Shown piece by piece: positions 46,614 to 59,720 of a DNA stretch of 64,000 nucleotides. The DNA is taken from positions 48,174,001-48,238,000 of the forward strand of contig OZ024749.1 of assembly GCA_964016885.1 (NCBI GenBank), in the 5' to 3' direction. Source of the DNA: Eledone cirrhosa. Taxonomy: Eukaryota. The notes under the pieces are model-generated. The model made no database searches. It had not been told where the DNA came from and saw only the letters and a program-made list of their open reading frames with translations. The position numbers and the translations under genes are program-made. The first letter of the stretch is position 1, and each line of letters opens with the position of its first letter.

Positions 46614-46979
46614 TATATTTATTATTCCTGTTTTACTAACACACTGAAATATTTGTAAAGAAATCCTAGAACGGAATCGGAAAGAGCTTATTTTCTGTAA
46701 ATATCCATTAACAGAAACAGAAACGTATGTATATGTATAAGTATGTATGTTCGTCTGGTTTTATAATTTCACAAAATGTTACCAATAGAGAGAGAGAGTC
46801 GGTTTCTAACATATACACAAGACTCTCTCATTGGAATTTACACAACATCAACTAGGTAGATATGTATGTATCCATGCATGCGTAGATATGGATGTTATTG
46901 TATGTGTGGATGTGGATGTTTTGAGTTCTATGTGTGCATATGTATATGCTTTGTATCTGTACATTTGTATATGCAGTTA

Positions 46980-49900
46980 TTAGATGCAACATTTTTGGAA
47001 TGTTTTACATATTTGTACTGTTCCATTAATGGATTCTACTTGTAATTTCCTAACTAGTTGTGTTCTTTCTGTTCCTGTGTAGCCTAGCTTCTCAAGATTT
47101 GTATTGAGGTAGTTACTAACATATCCCAGTGCCCCAATAATCACAGGCATAAATCTGAAGGTGTAATCACGGTGCAGTATCTGCCGATTTCTCATCAGTT
47201 CTGCATAAATATTCTCCTTTTCACTAATCTTTGATATTATATTGGCATCTGTTGGGCAGCTAATTTCCACTACTGTGCATGTTTTCTTCTCCCTGTCACA
47301 TATCATAATATCTGGTCTGTTATGCCTGCATTTTATTGGGGTTTTTACTTGAACATTCCACCAGTACTCTTTCATATTATGTACATGGATGTCTTCCACA
47401 TTGATGTAGCTTTTAATGTGTTTATTATCGGGGCTATCTTTTTTACGAACTGCATCGTACAGTGTTTTGGCCACTAGATCATGCCTCATAGGTAGATAGT
47501 ACCGCGATGACATCTTTGGACAGCTGCTGATGACATGGTTGATATCCTCGATGTTAGTTCTGCAGAGTCTGCACTTGTTATCACATCTAGGTGTTTTGCC
47601 TGCATCCCTATCTATTTTGTGAATCAGGTATTTCGTGCTAATCTTCTGTTCTTGGATTGCAAAAGCGTATGCTTCAATGTGGGAGCCAATATAGCGGATG
47701 TTGGTCCAGGATAGACTACTTTCCTTATCTATATTACTCTCACTCTGGAGCTTCCTGGCAACATATCCAAGAATGATTCTTTGCTGATAGGCATGCAGTT
47801 TTGCATCCATGGTTTCACTGCGATACTGCTGAGCGACATCCCTGGGTGTGAGTTTTTGATTATCACACCGGGAATATCTCTCAAGGAGTTCCTTCCCAAC
47901 TCTCATGATCTTATCTGTTTCATGCAGATAGAGTTGCTCGAGAAGCGGCTGCTACGCTTCGAGGTTCGTAGATGTTGTCGGAGAGATATGATGCGACATT
48001 CAAATGTTGTCTGTACTGATGTTTGGTCTCTGCCTACGTTTCAAGTAAAGTCGGTCTATGTCACTGTTGATGTGGAAGTTTCCGGTGCTGTTCAGTATTT
48101 TTCAAGTTCCAACATCACCTGCTCGGATTTCGTCTATTGTCCAATTGAGTATTCCAAAAGTTGGCGTTAGGACAGGCACAGCAAACACATTGTGAGCCAT
48201 TGTTTTGTTTTGCGCAGAGAGTTCCGATGACCAGATCTTTCTTAATCGGATGTAGTATGGTTACACGTTCTTTATTACATATACCATTATAGGAAATGTT
48301 CTCATCTATCCCCAGGTATCTGTAGCAGTCCTCATCAGATATCGGTGAAACAGTTAGACCATTAATGACAATGTTGCTAGATTGGGTTGTTGTTTGTCCC
48401 CGCTTTACATCATCCTTTGAGAACGTTGTAACCAGGTCAAGATTTTTCTTCATCCCTTCCATGTTCTTGGCATAGAGTTTCAGATCGTCCACAAAGAAGT
48501 TATGGTTTACGTTCGTATTTCTGTCCTCCTGTGAGCCAATGATGTATCCCTCACATTTCTTGAGCAGAAAGGACAATGGGTTTAATGAGAAGAGGAACAA
48601 TATCACAGAGAGACTGACCCCCTGCAATATTTTATTTTATCAGTGAAAATAGAGTCCTCCCTCTCTGTCTTTAACCTTAGGATAGTAGCCCAAGAAGAAG
48701 ACAGCCTCTCTATGGCTCTGAAAATAATGCCTGGGACTTTAGCAAGTTGGAGGGCCTCTATCATCCAAGAGTGGGGAACAGAACCGAAAGATTTCCTGTA
48801 GTCCAGCCAGACTGTAGTCATATTCCTCCTAAGTTGTCGCACCTCCGACAACGCAGTTTTGGTGATTAGGAGTTATTCAGCACATCCCCAAACCATTTTC
48901 TTTCCAGCTGCTTGTTCATCTGTGATGATGTTATTATTTTCACAGTGATCTTGGAGGAATAGGGTCAGGCAGGCTGTATACATCTTATACATCAGGTTCT
49001 GGCATGCAATGGGTCGGTAGTTTTTTGCCAAGTTGGTGTCTTTTTTCTTGGGGACCAGTAACGTTTTTGTTAATGTCAACCATTCTGGTATAAGTGTATC
49101 TCCCTTAAGAACTTGTTGGTAGAGGTCAGTAAGATACCTACGAATGAATATTAGTTTTTTGTACCATTAGCCTACAGTCATGCCTCTCCCTTGTGTTTTC
49201 TTATCTTGGAGTTTTCCTATCACAGTCTCAAGGGTACCCTCACTTATTTCGTATGTTTTTGTTGTAGTGTAGGAGCAATAGTTCTTTCGGATTTCTCTTA
49301 GCCACACTGCATCTTGGTTGAAATTCTTCTGTTCACCCCATATTTTTCTCCAAAAGGAATGTATTTATTTCCGGGATGGGGCCTCAGTGACACTTATTAT
49401 TTTGCCCTTCATATCTCTATAGACTGATGTTTGGTTTCGTCTTAATCTTTTATTAAGCATTTTTCTCTCATCTACCTTCTTCAGGTATCGGCGTTTTTTG
49501 CTAACAGCTCTCAATTGTTGTTTGAGGCTGATCAGCTTATATTGGAGAGTTCTGGTTCTACTGTTACCAAACATCGTCTCTATTTTATTGTTCACTCTTT
49601 GTTGGTGAGGAATGAGGTTTTTTTGTGTCTGTTTGCATGTAAGGAGCATTGTCACATGCCCTATGTTTTTTCGTCGGTTAGCACTCTTTTTTCTATTTTA
49701 GTTATATATGATGGTATTTGTGGTGGTGTTTTGTTCTTGTTAATATATCTGCTATCACCAAGATAATGCTTCACTGTCATTGCTAAGGGATATAAACAGG
49801 CGTTGATTTGCCAAAATGTTGGGGTTTTTATGCGTCGTAAATATTCATTCCCTATTTTGTCAATCACACGTAGTATTTCATTATTTGTTTTGTTATCACC

Positions 49901-50661
49901 ATTGTCATTTTAACACGTTCAGCAAGAGAGATATTTATACATGTGTTAATTTCTCTCTGGAAGATTTCGTTGGGGGAAATGTTCAATTGTTTATACTTTT
50001 GATTATCATTATCGATAATAAAGTACCAGTAATGCACTGGGTAATTACTGGCCTTGTGCCAAAAGTAGAAACAATTATCGATAATATTTTGCACAACAGT
50101 CGATGTAGACTCGGATGGTATACGTGGTGTCACATTTATTCGATTATTATTATTATTCCTTCTATTATTATTATCGATAGTGTTTTCCCCATTATTCGAG
50201 GTAGACTTTGATGGTACAGGTGGTGTCAAGTTTCTTAAAGGCATAGTTGTTTCAAGGCGCTGTTTGACCTGGCTGCTAGGATGTCTAGTCGCATGGCGAC
50301 CTGTAACACGTGTTGTTGATTCCATGTTTGTTGTGGGGGACTTACAATTAATAATATTTATCTTATTTTTACGTTCAACAAACGTCACTTGTTGGCGTAA
50401 TTGTTTCGCTGTGAAATAATTTAGCTCTGGGTGCATTTCGTCCCAGTATAGCTTCATTCTATGCATATAGCCAATGGAGGGATTGTTTTTTGCCATTGTA
50501 TAACAATTAAATAAATCATTATTAAGTTCGTAACTCCAAGGGAAATGCGATTTATAATTTCGGTTTCTTCTGTAGCTACAACTGAATAAAGTTTGATTAC
50601 ATTCCTTGTTATTTGTCTTCGATACTTCCTTAATTTGTTTGTTGATGTTGTGTTCAGCCAT
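46980..50661 (-). pseudogene. Disrupted single ORF (N-terminal domain, RT, CCHC, RLE) of the R4-like element
   Basis: Colinear ORF pieces 49864-50661, 49661-49867, 49365-49655, 48873-49079, 48603-48851, 48115-48627 and 46980-47906, separated by stops and frameshifts. Confidence 0.9.
50021..50077 (+). mobile_element. Severely 5'-truncated SINE nested in the LINE ORF, 13-bp TSD
   Basis: AAGTACCAGTAATGCACTGGGTAATTACTGGCCTTGTGCCAAAAGTAGAAACA; ATTATCGATAATA at 50008-50020 and 50074-50086. Confidence 0.95.
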
Positions 50662-50956
50662 GCTGTTTGTAGCATATCCTTGTAAAATGAATTATCTATT
50701 TAGTAGGACATCTCTACGAATTCGAATAAAAAGTGTCTTCAGAAGGGATAGTTAGAAGAATAACCAGTTATTCAACCTGGCTGTAGTTGTGGCATTACTG
50801 TCGGAGATACTATTCATCTTAAATTTAATAAATAGTCTCCCACGCAAAAATATGCGACTGATCGCGTTGACTGTTATGTATGCATGTATGTATGTATATA
50901 TATATATATATATATATATGTATTATGTATGTATATATATATATATATGTATTATG

Positions 50957-51028
<72 letters not shown>

Positions 51029-51035
51029 AATACAT

Positions 51036-51068
<33 letters not shown>

Positions 51069-51074
<6 letters not shown>

Positions 51075-51424
51075 AGTTCAAACAATGAAATAAAAATTCA
51101 AGTCATTAGAAATTTACTTCACTGCCTTACCATCGTTTCTAGGTCATGATAATACATCGTAACCATACTTCGTTATCGATCTATGTAAGGTTAGTTACAA
51201 AATATCATGTAAGAAAAATATTTACTTACATGTATATCACCAGCTGTTATCGCTTTTGACCATGTAAGTAAATATTTTCCTTATCTGATATTTTGTAACT
51301 AACCTTACATAGATCGATAAAGAAGTATGCTAACGATGTATTATCATCACCTAGAAACGATCGTAAATCAGTGAAGTATATTTCTAATGACTTGAATTTT
51401 TATTTCATTGTATTAACTTATATA
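51069..51424. repeat. Fold-back palindrome, about 164-bp arms, 28-nt loop, next to (TA)n
   Basis: 51069-51232 is the reverse complement of 51261-51424; the right arm has CTAACGA...GAAAC-GATC-GTA, a hammerhead-like remnant. Confidence 0.93.
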
Positions 51425-51647
51425 ATGACGTTGTTTTCCTTTTAATGTTTTATTGTTTTCCGGGATTTATTTTAACCTATAACATTTTTAACATATGGAT
51501 TATATTCAGTTCTTCATGCAGACTTGACCCCCTCTGCGTATGTATATATATATATATATAATAGCAGAGATCGTTCGTCTATATTGATTATCATTCCGTA
51601 AATGTCATTTATTAAATTTACAGATTTTATAAGACACCTTTCACTTG

Positions 51648-51782
51648 TAGTTACGTCCCTTTATGATCTGAGTTCAAATCCCGCCGAGGTTAACTTTGCC
51701 TTTCATCCTTACGGGGTCGATAAAATAAAGTACCAGTAATGTACTGGGAAATTGTTGGCCTTGTGCCCAAAATAGAAACAAT
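51648..51782 (+). mobile_element. 5'-truncated SINE
   Basis: TAGTTACGTCCCTTTATGATCTGAGTTCAAATCCCGCCGAGG...AATAGAAACAAT. Confidence 0.93.
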
Positions 51783-51860
51783 GTTTATGCGATATCAATG
51801 TTTTTCTATTACATAGATATATTGAAAGGTATTGGACATTTTAGACACACATACAACCCG

Positions 51861-51922
<62 letters not shown>

Positions 51923-51926
<4 letters not shown>

Positions 51927-51998
51927 TATAATAACAGATTAAAGTTTAAGCAAATAATCGCTGCTTTCACCCTTAACGGGATCTTCTGAAAGTAACTA
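51923..51998 (-). mobile_element. Short (TA)n-flanked copy of the 4.2-kb hammerhead-like end
   Basis: Reverse complement of about 4230-4300. Confidence 0.88.
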
Positions 51999-52027
51999 TT
52001 ATATATATCTATATATATCTATATATA

Positions 52028-52080
<53 letters not shown>

Positions 52081-52085
<5 letters not shown>

Positions 52086-52272
52086 GAAGGAAATATGGTA
52101 AGGAACCAGGTGGACCATAACGCACCAAAGTACTCAATACTTAGGGTAGTCCAGTGGGTAATAGGAACGAGTAGGACCCCGACGGCTGAGCTCAAGCCGT
52201 TTCGACGGCTAATTGCAGAATTAGCCGTCGAAACGGCTTGAGCTCAGCCGTCGGGGTCCTACTCGTTCCTAT
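52081..52272 (-). mobile_element. Asymmetric fold-back element with a perfect 54-bp hairpin (52161-52214/52219-52272)
   Basis: Arms contain GAAA-CGGCT-TGAGCTC-AGCCG-TC-GGGG, the 3' half of a hammerhead with a GUC triplet. Confidence 0.9.
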
Positions 52273-52345
52273 ATATATTTACTTACATGTATATCACCAG
52301 CTGTTTATCGCATATATATATATATATATATGTATATATATGAAT

Positions 52346-52520
52346 GAGTCAGGACCTCGATGGTTGAGCTCTTGCCGTTCCAGCAGTTATATTCTAGAAG
52401 TAGTTGTTGAAACGGTAGGAGCTCAGTCATCGGGTTCCTGACTCCTTTATATAAGCATACACCACTAACCCAAATATCGAGTACTCTGGTGAGGAAATGT
52501 TTAACTAGTCTCGTACTGAA
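52346..52520 (+). mobile_element. Older diverged copy of the same fold-back family in opposite orientation (hairpin about 52346-52444)
   Basis: GAGTCAGGACCTCGATGGTTGAGCTC...GAAACGGTAGGAGCTCAGTCATCGGGTTCCTGACTC, then AATATCGAGTACTCTGG. Confidence 0.75.
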
Positions 52521-53180
52521 TACATCTTGATATATACATATACATATATATATATATACACTTGTATCTATGCATATATATTCAAGCGGGAATACGCAAC
52601 GTAAGCAAACTGTTTTCCCTTTTACTGCTGCACACGTTTGTTCGAAGAATTACTTATATTTTTAATATCAGTTTGAAATGTTGATATGGACTCACATCTG
52701 TCAATGCAAATCCCGCTTCTTTGAATCATATCCCGTGATGCCATTCTATATCTGACGCCAACATTTATGTTATGTGTCTAGAACTAGAGAGACATAGTCG
52801 GAATGTATAATATTTACATCACATAAATAGTACTCTAAACGTTTCTGTATAATTAGTGCATGGGAGATTTTTGAAACAAAATCTTGGTTTTATGTAGTTC
52901 ATATCTATTCCTGGTTTGCAAAAATACGTAAAAGTCATAGAAACTGACAATCAATATTCATATGTATGTGGCCTTGTGTACGCCTATGTCTGCCGTATAC
53001 GTCTATGTATATATGTATATATATTGATGTTTGTGTGTGTGACTGTGTCTTTTTGTGTGCGTATATACATTAATAGCCACATATACTCATACATACGCAT
53101 AAGCACGTATGTGCATATACAGGTATATATATATATATATGTATACACACACTTATATATACATACACATATATATAAAC

Positions 53181-53230
<50 letters not shown>

Positions 53231-53302
53231 TCACGCACACACACACACACATATATATGTATATGGATGCACACACATATATATACATATATATTTATAT
53301 GC

Positions 53303-53365
<63 letters not shown>

Positions 53366-53414
53366 TATATACATACATATTTACACACACACATATATAT
53401 ACATACATACATAC

Positions 53415-53506
<92 letters not shown>

Positions 53507-53981
53507 GTATATATGTGTGTGTGTGTGCGCGTATGTGAAGATGAGAATTTAGAAGGTACATATATATTTAAATTTATATTTGGACAAACTGTACATAATC
53601 TCAGAATGGAATTTTCCTTTGGAAATAAAGTATTTTGTCTGTTATATAGTGCTTCTGCTGTGCAAATATAATCTTAGCTTACTGTAGTTGGAACACATTT
53701 AAAATGTCAAACAACAACGTCTCAGTAATGTTATTTCAAGCCTTCTTTCAATGTAATCCAACAGTTCAATTTTATCCATTAGAGTTCAACGCTAGCCTGA
53801 ATAGATGAAATGATAAACATTATTCTTTAGTATTACTGGAGCAAAATGCATTAAACTGCTCCTTTATATTTATTAAGAAAGAAGAAAAATATAGTATTGA
53901 TTTGGTTCTGTACAGCATAATATAAATTAAATACGTGCACATGAATACCACCACCGACACATACACACACACACAAAGATA

Positions 53982-54045
<64 letters not shown>

Positions 54046-54587
54046 CATACATATATATATATATATACACATATATATACATATGTTATAGGTAGGCTGG
54101 ATATTCCTATCGCGAAAATGTATTGTATTACTCCTGGATGCAGGTTAGACTTAAAGTTTGACCTGCTATGACCCAAGAAATCTGAAACATGAATCTCTAC
54201 TTCAGAATATCATAAATTATTCAATCCACCTATGTTCTGCTTGGAAATACCTAACTGATTGGATGTAGAATGGCATGTGCTTAAAACAAATAAATGATAC
54301 TTCGATTATCCTCCAGATATACATTTGTTATTTTTCTGGCAGATTTACTTGAAGCTCACTATTTTTCAGTATATCTGCAACAGAGGTAGCATAGTTATAT
54401 ATGGCTTTTTGGGAAACAATGGAATATAAATATAAATTATTAATTCATGGCCGGAATAATATTTTAGAATTATTTTCCTTGATTCCATAGTAAATTCTGA
54501 AAATAGCGAGGCACTTTAACAAACCTTTCGACATATTAATATATACACATTTACACTTGCCTCTTTAAAATAATCATTTGCAAATAT

Positions 54588-54790
54588 GTTGTGGTCAGAG
54601 CATTGGGCTTGCAATCAAAATGTTGTGAGTTCAATTCTAGGACCGGGTGATGTGCAAGACACTTTACTTCACGTTGCTCCAGTTTACTCAACTGTAGAAA
54701 TGAGATGATAGGACTGGGGTCCTTATCATTAAAATATCCAAGACACGTCCAACGAGATATATCTTGGAGGAGGCAAGCTACACCTGCATA
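54588..54790 (+). mobile_element. tRNA-derived SINE of a second family, CORE-like
   Basis: GTGGTCAGAGCATTGGGCTTGCAATC...GAGTTCAATTC head, then GCAAGACACTTTACTTCACGTTGCTCCAGTTTACTCAACTGTAGAAATGAG. Confidence 0.7.
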
Positions 54791-55524
54791 GGTGTGAGCG
54801 GTCACACACACACACACGTTGTAGGTCCCAAAATTTGGTACAACATACGCGCGTACGAACAAATGAACAGGCACACATAAATATTATGTAAATAAGACCA
54901 TTATTGCTCCAATCAATCCATAATCTTTCAGCAGACATTCTAAACCGAACGCCATCATTTAATCACGATTCCTGCCAAAAGTTATAAACTGTTACAATTT
55001 AAATATATGCAAAATTAATACTTCTCGAAAATGCAATCCTAAATATTGTTATCCTCAGTATATCGAATATTATACTAGCTATATATACGCAAGTATATAT
55101 TGCTTGCTAATGTTTATAAACAAGGATATACATTTATACACACACATACCTTCATATACATAACGAAAAATGTGTGTATCCCGGTGTGTGCTTGTTTGTA
55201 TGTATGTAGTGTGTAAGAGTCTATTATTCTCGTTTTTTTGTGTAGCGATAGCATGTGATAATTCATTCTCTAAAAAGCAATCTCTCCGTTAATTATCTAG
55301 GTTAGTTTTTATAGCTGTTGATGCATTAAGCATGAATAATAGAGAAAGGACAATTTCGTATCGCAGCTTGATTCAATGTTTCGTAAATAAAGTTCTGTAT
55401 TCCTTCTGTTAACTTTCCTTGTCACAGTTTTATAACTCAAAAGTTACAAAAAAGAAAGATATTTACAAAAGCAACAAAGTGACATGTTAAATGAAAAATA
55501 AAACGTTGATATATTTGTATCTAC

Positions 55525-56398
<874 letters not shown>

Positions 56399-57213
56399 GC
56401 TTAGTAGTATGAAGATTCCACAAACATCTGTTTACAAGACACGTCAGGAGACATAATGTGGGAAAAATAAATGGAGGGAATCTATGAAAATAAAATAAAT
56501 AAACGACTGATGTGCAGCAAGTATGTAAAATGAGAAAACAAACAAAAGAAAACTGAAAAGTAATAGGAGACTAAACGTGAAAGCCTATGGATTATTCTTT
56601 AGAAAACGTGACAGCTGGGTGAAAATAGGAAGAAGTCAGCATGTACTTTCTCACTCATCACCATCTTTTATATGCAACGTTAAATACGTAGTGAATAGGT
56701 AAAAAAGACTCGTAATAACAAGCGTTTTTTTTTTTTTTTGAGGAATGAGAGGAAGGTATGTTAGGTGAATGTGAAAGAAAATTGGCAGATAAGTAATTTG
56801 TAAAGGAAATGTATGGAATATAAATGATTGAAAATCTATAGAAAAACAAAAACAAATTCAAAATGAATAAACATACATCTACATAGAAGTAAATCAGAAA
56901 ATAAATATCTGCAATGCTACAGATAATTGTGAGGCGATAGTTCAGACGATAGTAAATCCCTCAACGAACAAATACATACATACTTAACATTGAAATACAA
57001 TTGCAAAGAAAAATAAGTCAATACAATAACTTCATAATTTACTGCAAACTATTGTAAATAGGTTGACTGAAGCCGTCATTTGCAACAACTTGAATATTCT
57101 TCGAATGAAAACGTTTCAGCTTCAGTTAAAGTTGCATTCTATAAAAGAATACACACAAACACCCACCCACACCCACACCCACACCCACCCACACACACAC
57201 ACATACATATATA

Positions 57214-59720
57214 TGGTTTCAAAGCTCAGCGCCTATGGTGGTTAGTAAGGAGCTTACCCTTGGCCGAGAACACCAGAAGTCTCCACTGCCAGGGGTACGA
57301 CCGCAAACCTGTCGGAGAGCGACCGGCATTTGAGGAGTTTGGCTTCCTCAGCCCGAAGTGCAGCAGAAGCTGGGTCAGTCGCAGACTGCATTAGGTTGCG
57401 GCTGCAGAAAGTGTCGGTGCAAGTGGCCACCGAGACGAGGTGTTTGCCACCACGGAATGGGAAGATGGTCATACCATCTGGCCCTTACCCTCCCATCGAT
57501 CCAGCCCCACCGGCTCGAGCTGGGAAGGGAAGCCTGCAGCGGCCAAACCATGCTTAATGACCTCGGTGAGGGCAGCATGGCGCGGTATGCGGCCGGTATT
57601 GTGGGGACAGGAAAGTGGGCGGAGGCCAAAAGATTCCACGGTGGAACTGCAGCGACAGGTGTGACAGGCAGATCAGGAGCCCGAGCCTCAGGGAAACGCC
57701 GATGCGCAGGCTATGGTTGTCTAGCTGCGTGCCAGTGTAGGAGGGCAGGGCATGGGGCCGGATACCACTCTGGTGTTTGGAGGCCGAACCAAAACAAGCA
57801 AGGCGGGCTGGTCGAGCTGGCGCGTAAGCCTGTCTGAGGCCAGGCTGCACTGGATGGAATCCCAAGTGCGGTGCGAGGACTTGACGTCAACAGGGGGAGA
57901 AGGAGGAGGGACGTCTCACAGGCGGCCTCACGTTCTTGAACGCAGAGGGTTATGTTGTGTTTTGAGGAACCCTGCTGACGAGGATGCGACACGAGATAAC
58001 CGACGAAAGATACGCCGGCAAAGATAGTGAGATCGGGGACCGGAGGCCAAGGCCGCCATACCTGACAGTTAAAGTGGTCTGTTGCCACCCTATGACGTCG
58101 AACTTGACGTTGCATATCTCCTCGTTTGCTGCTCTGATACAAGTATCGAGGTCAGCGAGGAGAGATGTCTTGGTGTAACACGGAGCGCTGCGGAGGGTGT
58201 AGAGGAGCTTCGGCATGGCGAATCAGCTGCTCAGCAGAAAGAGAGTTGGGTGGCCGTCAATCAAGCCCAGTCGGCTTGTGAGAGTCTGGAGTTGATAAAG
58301 CCTGGACCTGATGGTGGAGTGGATGGCAGGCGGGTGGCTCGGTGACTCGAGGTTGAGGACATCCTCTTTGGGGGTCAGCTGAACCTGGTGGAGAATGGAC
58401 TGCACGTCCAAGATGGAGGCTGCAAAGCTCGCAGCATCGAGGCTGATATTCACCACCTCCGACTTGGCCGATTTGACCTGGAGGCTGAATCCCGCCAGGG
58501 CATGAACCACCGATTGAAGGTCGTGGCAGACCGTCCGTAAGGGCCCGCCCAACGCAGCATCATCCAGATACAAAACATTGAGAGGGGCCGTGATATTCCG
58601 GGCGCTGTAGTCAATATCAAGGGCGAACAGGTGGGGTTCCAAAGAGTCGCCCTGTTGGACCCCAGTTTCCGAGGGTATGACCGTATGAGCAGCAAGGAGT
58701 ATGCTCGGGCTCCATACGACAGGTAGGCCAGCGGGTAGACAGAAGGGGCTCGGCTGAGGCAGGCCTCGAGCAGATGATCCCGGCGTAAAGAGTTCAAGGC
58801 ATTCCTCATGTCAAGCTTGACAATGAGGTGCCTGGAGTCCCTGCATGCCGGTTCCGATGGGCAGCTGTTGAAGAACTGCCTGGTTGCATGAGCGGCCCTC
58901 TCACAGCCACCGGACGCGCCGACAACGGACACGCCGACACTGGACACGCCGACACCCAGTTGCACCGGGATAAAATCCTCACCCAGTTCGTGTGTTACGG
59001 ACTTGCAGATCACCTTCAGCCAGCCTCTGGAAGACGTTGCCCACAGTAATGGGGCGTATGCCACCCTCTTTCTTCCCGAGAGCGGTGAGGCTGACCGAAA
59101 AAAAGAGGCTTCGGGCATAAGGGTCCAGGGTGCCATGGATGAGCCTATTGGTGAGCGCCACAACTGCACTCAGAAGGCAGCGCCCGGCCTCAGCGGAGAG
59201 GCGGGATGTCAACTCCTTGAGGTAGCCTGGTCAGAGACCATCAACACTTCCGCAGCTGCTAGCTGGGAAGGACCTGATGGCGAACATGATGTCTGCATCA
59301 GAAGCCACAAGGAGCAAGTGTGGGTCGAGTGGGGGTATGGGTCTGAGATCAGTGGGTGGCTCAGGGTGTTTGAGTCGCAGAGCAGCCATGACCTCCTCGG
59401 TGGGCTGGAGGATAGTGTCCTCTGAGGCAACAACTCGGTCTGCGGCCGAGACATCACCCATGATAAGCTTGGCGATTACTTGGTCACGAAAACGCTTGGC
59501 GCTAGACTCGGGTTGGAGTATAGGGGGACCTCAAGGTGGGGTGTGTGGCGTCTCTGGGCACGCTTGAAATAGGCACTCGCCCAAAGGACGAGACATTGGC
59601 CTTGACGAAGGCTGCTGTTAACCGGCGCCCCGGTCAGTGCCAGAGCTGGGGAGGCCGAGGGCGAGTGGGGAGAAATAGAACAGCCGCTCCCAGTCACTGG
59701 CTCGATTGTAAGATAGCATT
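57214..59720 (-). mobile_element. Decayed GC-rich CRE-clade non-LTR retrotransposon (RT plus RLE), truncated
   Basis: GGIRPITVG, QLGVG..GGCE, VKLDMRNALNSLRR, YLDDA, PKLLYTLRS, TLTVRYGGLGL, ATCTDT, AEEAKLLK, PLAVETSG motifs across frameshifted ORFs; abrupt GC/CpG rise. Confidence 0.88.

Larger units (their letters stand above)
46751..50874 (-). mobile_element. Near full-length decayed non-LTR retrotransposon of RLE type, R4/Dong-like
   Basis: RT motifs NYRPIAC, WLDYRKSFGSVPHSW, QGVSLS..LF..SLNPLS, HNFFVDDLKLYA, YRYLGI; zinc knuckle CRLC..EDINHVISSCP; RHD and RPDI..VEIS endonuclease motifs; (TATG)n on both flanks. Confidence 0.9.
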
